Below, in pieces: positions 1 to 17,085 of a stretch of 64,000 bases of DNA. The stretch comes from the human T2T-CHM13v2.0 reference genome, Homo sapiens, in the NCBI RefSeq assembly GCF_009914755.1, contig NC_060947.1; one strand, written 5' to 3'. A model generated the notes under the pieces. It saw nothing but the letters and a program-made list of their open reading frames with translations. It made no database searches and was not told the origin of the DNA. A program made the position numbers and the translations under genes. Each line of letters begins with the position of its first letter. The stretch's first letter is position 1.

Positions 1-1
1 T

Positions 2-694
<693 letters not shown>

Positions 695-1254
695 TGAGAC
701 CATGGGTGCCAAGACCTAAGTGCTGCACACAAATAAAGCCTGACAACCAAGCTGTATCAATTCCTTTTTCTGACTTTTACTTTTTAAATCTTCCTGGCAT
801 ATAACATTAAGTTACAATGAGCAAAGAAAGACAATGGGCAGAAGAAGATTATTAGAAAAATAATTAATAGTGAGAGAAGTTTAACATATGGCAGCAATAA
901 TTGAGGACAATTAAGGAACCAAGGTCAGGGGCAGCAAAAGCTTTCTCTGGACTGCCATGTCCCTCAAGGATGCTAAGTTCCTATTCAAAACAACAAGCCA
1001 GGAGTGGCCAAGTCTCAGTTACCCACATTAAACATGCCTAGTGGCAGGTGCGGGTCTGAGCTGGGTGCCCACAGCCACTTTGGTCACACTGGACAACTAT
1101 GTAACATTTCAAAATTGACATGACACCAGAATTGCATCAAGGCCTAAATGGGGCTGAAATCAGCAGATAATCCCTTAGAAACTTGAAAAAGGGGAGAATA
1201 TGTCTACAGATTTACAAATTCCCAGAGGTCTCTATCCTGCCCAAGTTTACAGGA

Positions 1255-2629
<1,375 letters not shown>

Positions 2630-4814
2630 CTATATATACATATATATGCATATATATATATACACTTACACCTACCTTAAAGAAAATTTGGCATGAAATT
2701 CACTAACATGTTAATAGTGATTATTTCTAAGTGGTGGGATTACATGTGGTGTTTATTTTCTTTTTTACATTATTTCTGTATTGTCTGATATTTTAAAAAC
2801 ATTTATATAACTAGTTATATAAAAGAAAAATGTTATTTCATTTTTTTAATGAAGTAAAAATCAGTCATTAGTATTCTTATAGATCTAGCAACACAAAATA
2901 TCTACAATTAATGACTCTTGGAGGGAAGAAGATTTAATATACCATCAGATGAGGGCACTTTTCATGTGAGTGAAATTGATTTTACAAGTCTACAAATCCT
3001 GTGGATGAAATAGATTTTTTTTATTCAACACAGATTAGGAGGACAATCAGAACACTCAAAACATATTTTGAATTAATTGACACTAAAAATTTGCCTAACT
3101 ATTCAAAGCCAGAGAAATGTGGATTTAAAAAAACCAACCAACCAAAATCTCTTCACATCCATATCTAGTTACAATATATCCAGCTGGCCAATAATTAAGC
3201 AATATTCACATCGAAGTTCTACAGGTTCTTCACAGGCTATCATGAGTTCCGCAAGACATTTGTTTTCTTTATTAGGTCTGAGGTTTGGGATGATATCTAC
3301 CAAAAAAAAACTGTTAAACATATATGTCCTTTGACCTAAGCACTTAACTTTCACCATACAGATCTTTATATACTTTGGCAAAGTGATATATATAAGCTAT
3401 TCAATGCAGAATTGTCTATTACAGCAAGGAACTAGAAACAACACACGTCTTCCAACAGGAGGTGGGTTATATAAACTGCAGCATGTCCAGAGTTCGACCA
3501 TTATATATATAGGATTGATATAAATTCCATGAGAATCACAGAGTATACTCTGCCTTGGATAATCCCAACCACACTTTAAGTTGGTAGAATCAGCAGAGGC
3601 AGAGAGAGATCCAAAGCAGAGTGATGATATGCTCCAGACCCACAGAGAGAAGCAGCTATGGTAATATTTTCATCCACCATTCCACTACAACCTTTCTTTA
3701 AAAATTAAATCATTAGGGGTTATCTAAAAGCTAAAAGAATTGGTCAGGAAGTAAGGGAGAAGGGAACCTACCTCTGCTGGGTAATATATTTTAGCCTTGG
3801 AAATGTAAGATAAAAGATATTAACAAAATAGTCGACTGTGATTATTTATTGTCCATGTTACCTAGAGAGTTCCTTCTTGATTTTTCATATTCTCTATTGC
3901 TCATGTCATCATTATAGAGCAAATTCACTGAAGAGTGAAATTCAACTTTTTGAAACCAAATGATATTCACATACCTGTATAGAGATGTTTAAAAACTCTA
4001 TCCATGCACAAAGGGAGATGAGTACGCAAGACAAACGCACATAGAACACTGGGTAAAAAGTGAAACTGTATTTCAGCTGAGGTGGTGAGGCAGGGCCGGG
4101 GGAATGACAAGGCTACCAGACAGGGAAACTTAGAGGTTAATCATGACTTGACCTTTAAATTAGTGACTAGGCCAAGTCTGGAAAGGAGACATGAAGAGAA
4201 AGCAGAGAGTAGATGAAGGAGAATGATGCGATTTCTTTTTCAAACAGGAATTTATTTTGAGTATTGCACATACCCTATTTATAGCTAACATATTTTGACA
4301 TATCTGTGTTTAAGCCAGAGCCATGTCATTCCTCCCACTGTGCCAAAGGGCAGTTTTCCTTTTGGGCTCTCTTTAAAGGATGATAATATTCCAGACGATA
4401 TAATAATGAAGTCATTGATTCTAAAGTAAAATTACAAAATGCAACCACTTAAAATTTATTGCATTACAGGAACTTGGAAATTCACCTTCTAAATATCTGG
4501 TAAGGGTATGTCTAACTGCTGAATTTCACCATAATTCTTACATACTAGCCAATTTCTATTTCATGCTGTTTAATAGGGCTTGCTGTGAATCCGTGCTACC
4601 TTTGAATTTTTCAGCACAGTAGATGTAAGACTTCTAGACATCTGCAAGAAGCATATAAGTAAAAGAGCTCCACTGTAATGCGAATGGCATTAGACTCATG
4701 CATGCAACTTTATTCAGTCTTTCCTTTGTGTCACCTCAACACATCAATGGTTTGACAAGTGAAAAAGTTCCATATAGAGTCAAGAAAATTTTTATTCATC
4801 ATCTGAACACTTAC

Positions 4815-4885
4815 CACAGTATAATAATTCTTGGTAAGTGGAGCAGTTTCAAATCCTTTGACGGCTTTTGGGGAGAGAGGTCTCT
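4815..4885 (-). CDS. ARHGEF6: ARHGEF6 coding exon 6 (linker and start of DH domain); gene continues beyond the left edge
   Basis: 71 nt, (E)RPLSPKAVKGFETAPLTKNYYTV; acceptor ttttttcacag|, donor GTG|GTAAGT; cumulative CDS 732 nt = 244 codons. Confidence 0.95.
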
Positions 4886-5231
4886 CTGTGAAAAAAACAT
4901 TTAAATTATGTTAATATCACAGAAGGCTATGATGAACATTTTATAACATGGGTCAACTAACATACTATAAAGATTCCCAGTGGAAGGATCAATGGAAATG
5001 TACATTCCTAAACAAATGAAACTACAACTGTGCTAAACTATAGATGGTCAAAGTTAGATCTTCTTGTCTAGACCCCTCAATTTCCAAAGAAGGAATAAGC
5101 CAAGGAGTTAAGACCTAACTAAGAAATAGCAGGGCCAGGGCAAGAACTTTACTCCCAGTTGGGGTTTGTCTGCCCTCTCCATTCAACTTATTCAAAACAG
5201 ATACGCAAAACCAATACTAGCCAAATGTATA

Positions 5232-5578
5232 CAGATAGTCACCAACTTATGATGGTTCAACTTACGATTTTTCAACTTAACAATGGTGCAATAGCGATAC
5301 ACATTCAGTAGAAATCATACTTTATTTTGATATTTTCCTGCCTTGGCAAACTACTGTGTACATGACCTAATAAATACTTTATTATAAAATAGGCTTTGTG
5401 TTAGATAATTTTGCCCAACTGTAGGCTACTGTAAGTTTTCTGAGCACATTTAAGGTAGGCTAGGCTAAGCTATGATGTTCAGTAGGTTAGGTGTATTAAT
5501 GTATTCTTGATTTATGATACTTTCAACTTATGATGGGTTTATCAGTATGTAACCCCATTGTAAGCCAAGAAGCATCTG
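5232..5578 (-). mobile_element. MER47-like TcMar-Tigger non-autonomous DNA transposon
   Basis: Termini CAGAT...ATCTG flanked by TA; internal TAAGGTAGGCTAGGCTAAGCTATGATGTTC typical of the family. Confidence 0.8.
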
Positions 5579-6389
5579 TACTTATAATGTGCAATTTACT
5601 ATACAAGTATAATAAAATATAAGTAATGGCAAGCATACTTTTCTTGGGTCTGTCTACTATGCCAACAACAAAATGATCAGAAGGTTTAACTCAATGAAAA
5701 CTAGCAGGAAATTATTCTCTTTTAAGTATAATTTTAATATTATTCCACTGCGTTGTAAAATACTGCCCTTCTTTTACCTAAATTAATTTTACTTATTAAA
5801 CTCATGACTAAAGGAAATCCTAGGACATTCTTTCTTTTTTTTTAAAAAAAAAACAATAAAAATATGAGACAGTCATAACAAATTTTTAGCAGTGTCACAA
5901 CATAGCATCTTTCCTACTGCATTTTCTCCTCTGCTTCACTTTGGTTTATATTTTAATTTTAACTTGCTATATTTTATGCTGTTTTAAACCCTTTCTAAAG
6001 TATAGCGCAGTATAAATAACCAAATAATACTATATCATCAGACCTTGATTTTTTTAATAATATTTTCAAGTTATAAATCTATTGCAGTCCCACCCCCAAA
6101 AATTTAAAATATAGAATAGAAAATAAAACCCAGCAATTAGCCAATCACCTAGAGCTAACCATCATCATTTAGACTGTTTTTGAAGTGTGTCTTCCCATTC
6201 TTTTATGTATGTTTGTGAACACACATATGCACACACTCTTGGATCTTTCTAACCTTACCTGCAGTTTTATAATTCTTCTATTACAATATTATTTTATAAA
6301 TATTTTCCCATTTAACCTTGATTTTTAATTATTATTGTATTGGAATATCCCTAATATTTATTTCATACTTAATAGCTTTTAAGACATAT

Positions 6390-6560
6390 TATTTGATATT
6401 TACAACAACGCTGACAGGCAGACTATCTTCTCATTTTACGGAGGAGGCCACTAAGATTCAAGGAAGTGAAGTCAGTTATCTCAGGTCATGCAGCTAGGAA
6501 ATGGCAGAGCCAAGATTGAAGCCCAGGTATGTCCTGACAAGAGCCTGTGTTCCTAACCAA
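6390..6560. mobile_element. MIR fragment
   Basis: MIR core-like CATTTTACGGAGGAGG...AGGTCATGCAGCTAGGAAATGGCAGAGC. Confidence 0.7.
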
Positions 6561-7009
6561 TATGATACCCAGAGATAAAGCTACTGAAGGTCTTGGTCAA
6601 TGGCATGGGCAGGGGTTCCTGCTGGAGTTCAGAGGGGCTGTGAGTTTGATCTGGGATGGTTAGAGAAGACCTTGCTGGGAAGGAGGTACTCGATCTGGCC
6701 CTGAAGGGCAGATGGAATTCAAACAGGCAGGGAAGGCAGTACAGAGTTTTCTTTTCAGGGAAGATTTCAGAAACACAGATGTAGAAATGGCAATGCTCAA
6801 GGCAGAACTGTTCTTGCGACAGTGAGTTATCCAGTGGGGCCAGGTTGGGTAGAGTGAAAATAAGGCAGAAAAGTAGCAATGAGGGACAATTCTGTCACTC
6901 TCCAGAGAGGACAAGTGGAGCATAGCCAGTTCCTGGAAGCTTTATGCTAGTTCAGGATCCGCCTGGATCCACTGGTGGTTCATAAGGCTTTCCTGGGAAA
7001 ATGTGACCA

Positions 7010-7850
7010 CTATCAGAAATGAAACAGGGGACATCACTCCAGACCCTGGAGATATAAAAAGGATAATAATGGAATACTACAAACAACTCTACACACATAA
7101 ATTTGACACTTATGTGTGAAATGAACCAATTCCTCAGAAAACAAAAACTACCACAACTCACCCAATATGAAATAGATCATTTGAATGGCCTTATAACTAT
7201 TAAGGAAATTGAACTTATAAATTTAAAACTCTGAAAAAGGAAATCTCCAGGCCCATAAGGTGTCACTGGAGAATTCTATTAACTGTTTAAGGAAGAATCA
7301 ATACTAATTCCATATAATGTCACATAGAAAATAAAAAACATCACTTCCCAAGTCATTTTATGAAACCACTATTACACTGACACCAAAACCATACAAAGGC
7401 AGTGCAAAAAAGAAAACTGCAGACCAATATCCCTCATGAATATAGATGCAAAAAAATTTACAAAATATTAGCAAGTAAAATTCAGCAATATTTTAAAAGA
7501 ATTGTATACTATGGGATTCATCCTAGGTTGGTTAAATATTTTAAAATCCATTAATGTAACCCATGATCTTAACACTCTTAAAAGAAAAAAGTCACATGAT
7601 AATATTAACCGATGCAGAAAAAGCACTTAACAAAATTAAACACCTATTCGAAAAAAAATAACTCATGGAAAAAAATAAGAATAAAGAAGAATTTCTTCAA
7701 CTTAATAAAGTGCATCTACAAAAAACCTACAGTTAGCATCTTACATAATGGGGAAAGACTGAATGCTAAATGCTTTCCCCCTAAGATCAGGAACAAGGCA
7801 AGGATGCATGCTCTCACCACTATTAATTCAGCATAGCACTGAAGTTCTAG
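7010..7850 (+). mobile_element. Old L1 (L1M) ORF2 fragment
   Basis: Degenerate RT-region text (AGACCAATATCCCTCATGAATATAGATGCAAAA; GATGCAGAAAAAGCA). Confidence 0.85.
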
Positions 7851-9329
7851 TTCTCTCTGCAGTCTTGGTCTAGGATGGGGAATTAACACAAAGAACAGAA
7901 GGGAGACAGATTTGGAAGGATAAACTTGGAAAGTCTAAAAAAATGTAGCCCTTGCAAATGACTGGCTCCATGAAACAGTACAAGAGGGAATGCAAAGAGA
8001 AAAACACCAGCACTATGACCTCAGTGACAATTTCTGGCCTCTTGTCCCTCCTTTGCTCCCCACCCCGACCCCTACCACTTCTTACTCCCGCCATGTGAAG
8101 GATTCTTTGAAACCCACACTCAGCAACATGCAGAGAAGGAATGAATATGTGGAGGTTCCGAGGAGACAAGTTCAGTCCCTGGGTGGTGGGGGGGATTCAA
8201 AGTGCCCTAACTAGAACGAACATGAAAATGTAAACATTTTAGGTGGTGTTCTAAGGCAATGAGGAGACTGGGCAATCCAACCAGTGCGGGGGGAAATCAG
8301 TCAATATAGTGAAGAATTCCAATGGATTGTTCGTATAATATAACTCAAACAAGAGTGTCACACAAATACAGGCATAAGAAATCCTCCTGATCCTGATGTA
8401 AAGACTCCTTTCCAATTAACTTTTGATTCTTTCTCTTCCTTTGCTGGTGTACAGATTACTATTGCCTGTTGGTGGTGATAAGACAAAAAGAAATCTAGTG
8501 ACAAATAGTCTCTCTGGACAGGAAACATCTATGTGATACACCCAGGGGATTAAAACAGGAAGTCTAAATATAAAGCTCAATCCTAGCTTTGGTTATAATG
8601 AGCAGGAAGAGTGATTTCTTAATATGCCTTAATACAAATTTAATTAACCATGTACCTAATCCCCTCAATTGATATCTATATTTACTGCTAATAAGAAGTT
8701 TTAGAAGAAGGATTTGATGCCCTCTTAATTGAATCAGTGGGAGAAAATAGAATTTGTTTAAAATATCTGCTCAATCACACTTGCATCAATAATTTCTTGG
8801 CTTAAAAATTTTGCCAGGAAATTTTTAATGCAAAGTCCCAACAAAACCCTCAACCTTTCTAGGTAACAAAACAGAGACAAAAATTTAAAAAGGATATAAT
8901 TACCATTATGTTGCCACTGTGCTAGCAGAAATTACTTTGATGTATAAATAACAAGTTAATTTACAAGTTACCACTGATTTTTCAAAGAGAACGGAAAATT
9001 GTATAAGTGGCTAATTTTCTCATTTATAATGTATGTGACTCAAATGAAATACAAGAGCAAAGTCCCTTAATATATGTTATGTAACTTATATAATGACTAA
9101 GTTATTAATACATGTATTTTTCATGAAATAAGATCCTTAAAAAACATATTTTTGGTCAAAATAGGGTTTTTCTCATGTAATAGGAAATCCAGAGGTAGGC
9201 AAGCAGAATTGGTGACAATGCCTTCATGATGTCATCAATGTCCAGGTTCAATCATCCTTGGAAAGAGGTTTTTATCATCATGGTCACAAAAACTTATTCT
9301 ACTTTCAGCCACAAGCTCATGTTAAAAAG

Positions 9330-9332
<3 letters not shown>

Positions 9333-9363
<31 letters not shown>
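9333..9363 (+). repeat. (TG)n microsatellite
   Basis: About 15 TG units seen directly. Confidence 0.9.
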
Positions 9364-9365
<2 letters not shown>

Positions 9366-9910
9366 CACACTCACGTCTTCTATTTCTTAACTTTCTATAG
9401 TATTAGGTGGGTGATTCTTTATGCTATACGACCTCTGAAATCGGCCTCCTCTCAAAGAGCGGGAAAAAGCTATCCCCAGAGCTTTGGCCGTAATTATCTC
9501 TAGATGAGAGCTACAGTGGAATCCAAAACTTAAAACGCCACTCCCCAAGGGCAAATTTACCAGAGCACAAAGTGCTCTTGTCAATGACAGGCTCAAGGGA
9601 GGAAAACTACGCACAGCACTCCCATGGCACAGCAATCTGCAGGGTGAGGGTTGTATGGCTTTGGGCTTGTTTTGTTCTGCTTGTAAGACATTACAAAAGA
9701 ATGTGTAGTATCAGGCTAAATGTCCCTCCACCCTCCAGGCTGCATGTATGAATGTGTCAGAATTACTGACTCTTCGAGTGGCCACAGTGTTATATGTTTG
9801 ACCCAATAGTAAGCAGACTGAGATCACTAAAGATTTTTAGTTCCATGCCTGATTGAACTTTATAAATGGCCTAAAAGGTTGTATGGCAATGGGGTTTAAA
9901 ACTCTACGTT

Positions 9911-10195
<285 letters not shown>

Positions 10196-10274
10196 GGGTT
10201 TCACTACATCACTTTTTTCAAACTCCTTAAAGACAAATTTTCCTAAGCTTATACATTAGTATGGAGTTCATTCA

Positions 10275-10433
<159 letters not shown>

Positions 10434-12716
10434 TTAAAAATTTACAAGTATTTTCTAGACCAAACATAACACAACATAGCATTTAATTTAAAATATTCCT
10501 CGGCAGCATCCTAGATAGGTTTTGGCTTACCTACTATTTTGTGGTGGTGGCAAGAGTTGGGGTAGGAAAGAATTCAAGTCAACACAGATTTATTGAGCAC
10601 CTAATTTCCCAGCAAGACATTTTTGTTACCTGAAGCTAGTCTCTTCCATTGTCCATCAAGCTCACTCTGTTCAGTCCTACCACAGAATCGTGGTGGGTTT
10701 TGTTTTCCCTGAACAATCACTGTGATTTAGATTGTCCTTGCCTCTCTTCTGGGCCTATTCACAGCTTACCTGTCTTTCAGTGTTCAGCTTAAGCCCTATG
10801 TCCTCCATGAAGCCTCCCCTAACCTCTTCAGGCACAATGCACTCTCTGTGTCTGAATACTGATGCTCTGCTATATATTTTATACTTCATCGTCCACTGAC
10901 CTATACTGTCAGTTGACTCACCACCAGCTCTTATCTCTCTCCTGTGCTCCATAACCATACTGCCAACTACTTGCTAGAAATCTTCAGACCTATGACTCGG
11001 TGCACCTCTACTCAAGTACAAAACAGTTCATCATCTTCAGTACCAATCACCCGCCCAACACAGACACACACAGAGACATGCACACACAACCTCTGCCTCC
11101 TCCTGTCTTCTCTATTAACGGAGTTCAGCACACTTCAAATATTTCCAATGTCTAAAGCACCATGTTAGGCATATGAAGACAAGACAGTATACAAAGATGA
11201 ACAAGTCCCCTTGACTTCCCTGTCAAGATGAGTTATGCTCCTCTCTTCTCCTCCCACCTCTCCATAGCATACTGTATTTAGCTCTATCACTAAACTTATC
11301 ATATTGTATTCTAATGATGTCTTCTTACACTACAGTATGAACACCCTGAAGGCAAAAGCCATGTCTTATGCTTCTCCACCACACCAGTGTCCAAGACAGA
11401 GACTGACACCCTCATTAAGAGAGATCAACCTTTGTGGGCTGGCTAGAAGCATGACACTGCATGCCATTAAGGCGTTCACCATCAAGCTGGACCTCTAGAC
11501 TTGGTATTGTTCTCATCTGTTCCCTTATCCTCAAAACTAATCATCAGCAAGTTTTTAAAATTTCATTTCAATAGTATATACTGCATCCATCCACTTCTCT
11601 TCCTCCCCACTATCCCCAGAGTAATCCACACCACTATCTGGATTGCCTGGACCTTAGCAGTAGCCTCTGCTAGTTTCTCTACACCCTTGCTGGTTATTCC
11701 TACCACTTCCCTGAAATCCATCCCCCACGCTACCTCCAGAAAGATCTTCCTAGACCATGTTATCCCTTGCTTAAAACTTGACATTGACACCGCCTCTTAA
11801 TGTAGCTCCAGCTCAAGGTCCCATTCCTTATCATCATGCATCTGATTCTCAACCCAAATCACCCCACCATCCACTCTTACTTCCATGCTTGAACTTAAAA
11901 GTTCCCTCTGATCTTCTTCTCCCAGTCAGAAGCTTCTTCTATCCTTCAAGACCCAATTCAAGTGCTTCCCCACTCCTTATGTTATTGTTAATCAAATTGT
12001 TTCTTCACTGTTCCTACAGCATCTTACTCAGTCCTTTGTCTGTGCTACTTACTGTGTCCTGGCCTGTAACAGTTAGTTCTGCACAGACCTGTGTTGATTA
12101 CTAGACTGTAAAGGTGCTAGGGGACGGGGTCTATGAGGTATAGATTGCGCCTAGGAGGTACTCAGTGAACAAGCTGAACAGAATTGAATTACCTACGCTG
12201 TAATATTCATTCATTTTACAAATATTTACTGAGCATAAACAAAACGAATGAAGTCTCTGCCCTTGTGGTATTTACAATTCTAATGGTAAAATGTAAACAG
12301 TAAATGAAATAAATAAGTAAACGTGTATTATGTTAGACGGGGAAAAATAATAAGCAAAAAATTTAAGCAGGGAAGAGGGATAGAGGGAGTGGGGATAGGG
12401 TTAAATTTTCTCCTGGGTGACCAGGAAAGGCCCTCCTGTGAAGTAGGCAAGTGAGTGGACCTGAAGGAGATGAGGGAGCCAGCTGTGCTGATAGCTGGAG
12501 AATGTTCCAGACAGGGGGACAGCAAGTGAGGCAGGAGCCTGTCTGGCACAGGCAGCCAAGAGACCAGTGTGGCTAAAGTGGAATGAGTGAGGGGAAGAGA
12601 GATCAGAGAGGAAGCCAAAAGGGCAACGGAAGGCCAGATCCTGGAGGACCTTGGAGGCTATTGTGATGGCCTTGGCCTTTTCTTTTATTGAGATGGGGAG
12701 CCATGACCCAAGTTAC

Positions 12717-13021
<305 letters not shown>

Positions 13022-13946
13022 CCAAGTTACATTTTGAAAGAATCACTCTGGGTACTGAGTTTAGACTGGATTATAGGAGTGACAAAAACAGGGGCAGAGA
13101 TGCCAATTAGGAAGCTGCTGCCATAAGCTAAATGAGAGAGGTTGTTCCATACACTGCTAGTTCCAGGCCTTCCCTGACTAGCACTCATTTCCTGACCCAA
13201 GCAACTCAGACCTGTCCTTGACAGTTGGGTTAGATGCTTCTAAGGGTTACCTAAGTGCTCAAGTCAGAGTCGGAGCTTGCCACATGAATCCTAAGCTGAG
13301 TCCTAAACCAGAGAGAATATAGGAGAAATTTTAAAATGAAGGCCCCTAAGACCAGAACAAATAACCTGGGGCAGTCTATAAGGGAGTGGCCAGACTGCTA
13401 CAAGGAGTCACAGTGAGGGACATTATAAGGAGAGTCGTCAAAGTGAGGGTGTGCTGTTCACTTCCCAGGTCCCCTCGCAGTGCTTGGGATTCCTGGACAA
13501 AATTACTGCTCCTTTTAGTTTTGCAGATAAAGACACTGTATCAGGGAACAATGTTAGAGTGAACCTGGAAAATCTTTTAGGGATTTTCCTAAATTATATC
13601 AACAAAATTATATCGATTGAAAAATGTAGTGAGAGGTAAAAATCGTCTGTGAATATCATCAAAACCAAGGAAATTCCAGGCAAAGCCTGTGGAAATACTC
13701 CAGGGCTCAATAGAACCTTCTTGATTCCCAGTAATTAAAAATGCTAAGAAGTCTCCATATACGTATATAATTATAAATCTGTTAGTAAACATATTCCATT
13801 AAAGGGGATACCCCTTTTAACACAACATAGAACACAGAAAAGTGTGAAAATTAATTTTATCTTAAACACTTTAGGAAAAAGCTCCTAACTCTGGTTGTCG
13901 GGGGGAGAGTGCAAAGAGAAGAGGAACTTTCATTATCTACATTATA

Positions 13947-14750
13947 CAGCTGACCCTTGAACAACATGGGTTTGAACTTTGCAGGCCCATCCCATTTATA
14001 CGTGAAGACAATGAAAATGAAGACCTTTATGATGATCTACTTCCACTTAACTAAGAGTAAATGTATTTTCTCTTCTTTATGATTTTCTTAATAACATTTT
14101 CTTTTCCCTAGCTTACTTTATTATAAGAACACAGTATACAATACATATAACATACAATCAGTAAGGCTTCCAACCAACAGTAGGCTATTAGAAGTTAAGT
14201 TTTGGAGGAGTCAAAAGTTATACATGGATTTTCTTTTCTTTTTTTTTTTTTGTGTGTGTGTGTGTGTTTTATTTATTCTCAGTCTTAAAGTCGTAACTTT
14301 AGGGCAGTGATGAAAATAAAGCAATGCTCTGAACACTAGAATCTAGAAGTAACTAATAAGCCCTAATGATCCTACTGCCTTTAAGGGTCTTCAAGTTCCA
14401 CATGTTTGAAGAAGGAAATTTATGTATTGAAATCATTCTAGAGAAGGCAAGGAAAGTGTGGGAAATCCTACCAAGTTACTCTGGAGAAAGACAGCTGCCT
14501 CCAAATATTCACATATTTCCCTCTTGATGAAATTGATGGAATGCTTCTTGATATTCTTAGTGTCTCATCCAGTACCTGCTCCATATTGAATGAATTGAGC
14601 CCTTAATGAGATGCCACTCAGGTGCCAGCCTTCAAGAATATCAAAATGAATCAGAAATTTTCAGCTCTCAAGAGCTCAGAGTTATATACGGATTTTCAAC
14701 TGCATGGGGGCTCGGTGCCCTTAATCCCCATGTTGTTCAAGAGTCAACTG
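13947..14750 (+). mobile_element. Tigger2a/MER28-like DNA transposon, split by an insertion at 14234-14679
   Basis: TIRs CAGCTGACCCTTGAACAACA and TGTTGTTCAAGAGTCAACTG, TA flanks; the body resumes after a duplicated AGTTATA..GGATTTTC. Confidence 0.85.
14234..14679 (-). pseudogene. Retrotransposed polyadenylated fragment of unidentified origin
   Basis: Minus-strand AATAAA plus A tail; 18-nt TSD with 2 mismatches; no repeat family that I recognise. Confidence 0.7.
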
Positions 14751-14752
14751 TA

Positions 14753-15111
<359 letters not shown>

Positions 15112-15405
15112 TTATTAATTAATTAATAGTATCAATTTTGAGGCATTGAAAAAGCAATAAGATATTTACAAAAGAAATAATGCGCTGAGCTAACCACTCA
15201 AAAGAGCCCTTGTGTAAATATTTTTGAAAAGTAAAGAGATGTAATAATGTGAATAACTAAATGCTGTTTTATGTGTATTGTGAGGGACATATTCTTATGT
15301 ATAAGGGTTTGCTGGGTTTTTTGCAATATCAGAAGAGCCTACCTTCTTAAACAATAAAGGGCAAGTGAATTATCAAAAAAACTCTAAGGAAAACTACTGA
15401 AGAGT

Positions 15406-15720
15406 GGCCAGGCACAGTGGCTTATGCCTGTAATCCCAGCACCGTGGGAGGCCGACACAGGAAGATCACTTGAGCCCAGGAGTTCAAGACCAGCCTGGGC
15501 AACACAGGCAGATCCGTCTCTACAAAAAGTTTAAACATTAGCTGGGTGTGGAAGGCGTGCACCTGTAGTCCCAAATACTTGGGAGGCTGAGGCAAGAAGA
15601 TCACTTGAGCCCGGGAGGTCCAGGCTGCAGTGAGTTGTGATAGCCACTGCACTCTGCCTGGGCAACAGAGTGAGACCCTGTCTAAAAATAATAATTAAAA
15701 AAAGAGAGAGAGAGAAGAAA
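15406..15720 (+). mobile_element. Alu (AluJ-type)
   Basis: Diverged Alu; TSD ACTACTGAAGAG. Confidence 0.9.
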
Positions 15721-16297
15721 AGACTACTGAAGAGCAATTCGATTTCATTCTCTGGCTATTGTTACAAAAAAAAGGTAAACAGCTAGCAGTATTCAGTGAG
15801 TTAAGGGCAATCTTGTTCAGCATCAAAGCGGCCAGACAGCTTCCTGCAGCCCTATCATTATTATCTCTCATGTCTGAGGCATTTAGTCTCAGGTCTGCTT
15901 ACAGGGCTTAAGGCTAAAAAAAGGAAGTTAGCACATGGCCTCTCTTATTATTGGATTCTGCCATGGTAAGTTTTAGAGTGGTGAGAAGGACTATGTACTA
16001 TATTACATGGGCTAGAATTAGTAGACATAAAGGGATACAGTTAGGGTGGACCAGTTGTCTGAGCTTTGAATTCCTTTGCTTTTTTTATTTTTCTGCTGCC
16101 TTAATGTAATCTAAATACAATTTGTTTCAAAATATCTAATCACAGATTTTTCCCAGTTCTGTTCTACTCTTATTTTTGGCATACACATACAAGTATAAAC
16201 AGCTTCTGTTAACCAATTAAAACTACACAATTTTCAGTAAGAATACCAAGAAAGTACAAGAGTCACAATCAAAAAGCCTTTTAAAAACTTCACTTAC

Positions 16298-16499
16298 CAC
16301 TGGATTTAATTTCACGGACATAATTACTGGGGAACCAGCCTGTTCTCCCATTTAATGTGCCTTCCCACCAGCCTCCTTCTTCAACTCGTGTGACGTAAAT
16401 GATGTCCCCCTTACAAACTGACAGTTCATCCTCATTAGTCTGCTTAAAGTTGAATCTTGCTTTTACTATCAACTGATGACTTCCATTTTCCGTCATCTC
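16298..16499 (-). CDS. ARHGEF6: ARHGEF6 coding exon 5 (SH3 domain)
   Basis: 202 nt, [67 protein letters not shown] with SH3 motifs GWW and FPSNYV; acceptor ttctctag|, donor GTG|GTAAGT. Confidence 0.98.
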
Positions 16500-17021
16500 C
16501 TAGAGAAACAAAAGCCACACCAGATTAAGCACTCATCTAAATAAGGCAGGGGTAGAAATGATATGGATATAGGCAAATAAAGTGGAGGAAGCAAAGACAA
16601 AACCCCAGATCCATCTCAGTCCTGAGTTTTTAACTTAGGAATCCATGAATGGGTCTCAGAGGGATTAATAAATCCCTCAAAACAGTATGTAAACTTTGGC
16701 ATTTGTGAGAATCTGTATTTTGAAGTGGGTCATAGCTTTCATTTTTCTCTCCACACCCCTCCCCATTATCTAAAGATTATCTATTTAACTAAGCCAGATA
16801 ACAAAGTAGAGTGATAAGCTATTCCACCCTGGATAAGCTATTCCACCCTGCCTCTACTCAACACACAAACAGTCCACATAATTATATAACCAAGATGTAC
16901 TAACCTACCCTCCATAAAATCTGCCTCCCATCTCCTAATTACTAAGGATATCTTAATTTGGCTAAGACTTATTTATATGCAAAGATCAAATAACCCATAG
17001 TTGCCTAAGTCAGGAATTCTT

Positions 17022-17085
17022 TTTTCCATTTTTTTATTTTTATAGATTTAGGGGGTACAACTGCAGTTTTATTACATGGATATAT
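17022..17085 (-). mobile_element. Extremely 5'-truncated L1 3' end (about 64 nt)
   Basis: L1PB/L1MA-like terminal text between perfect 16-nt TSDs TAAGTCAGGAATTCTT (17006-17021 and 17086-17101). Confidence 0.75.
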
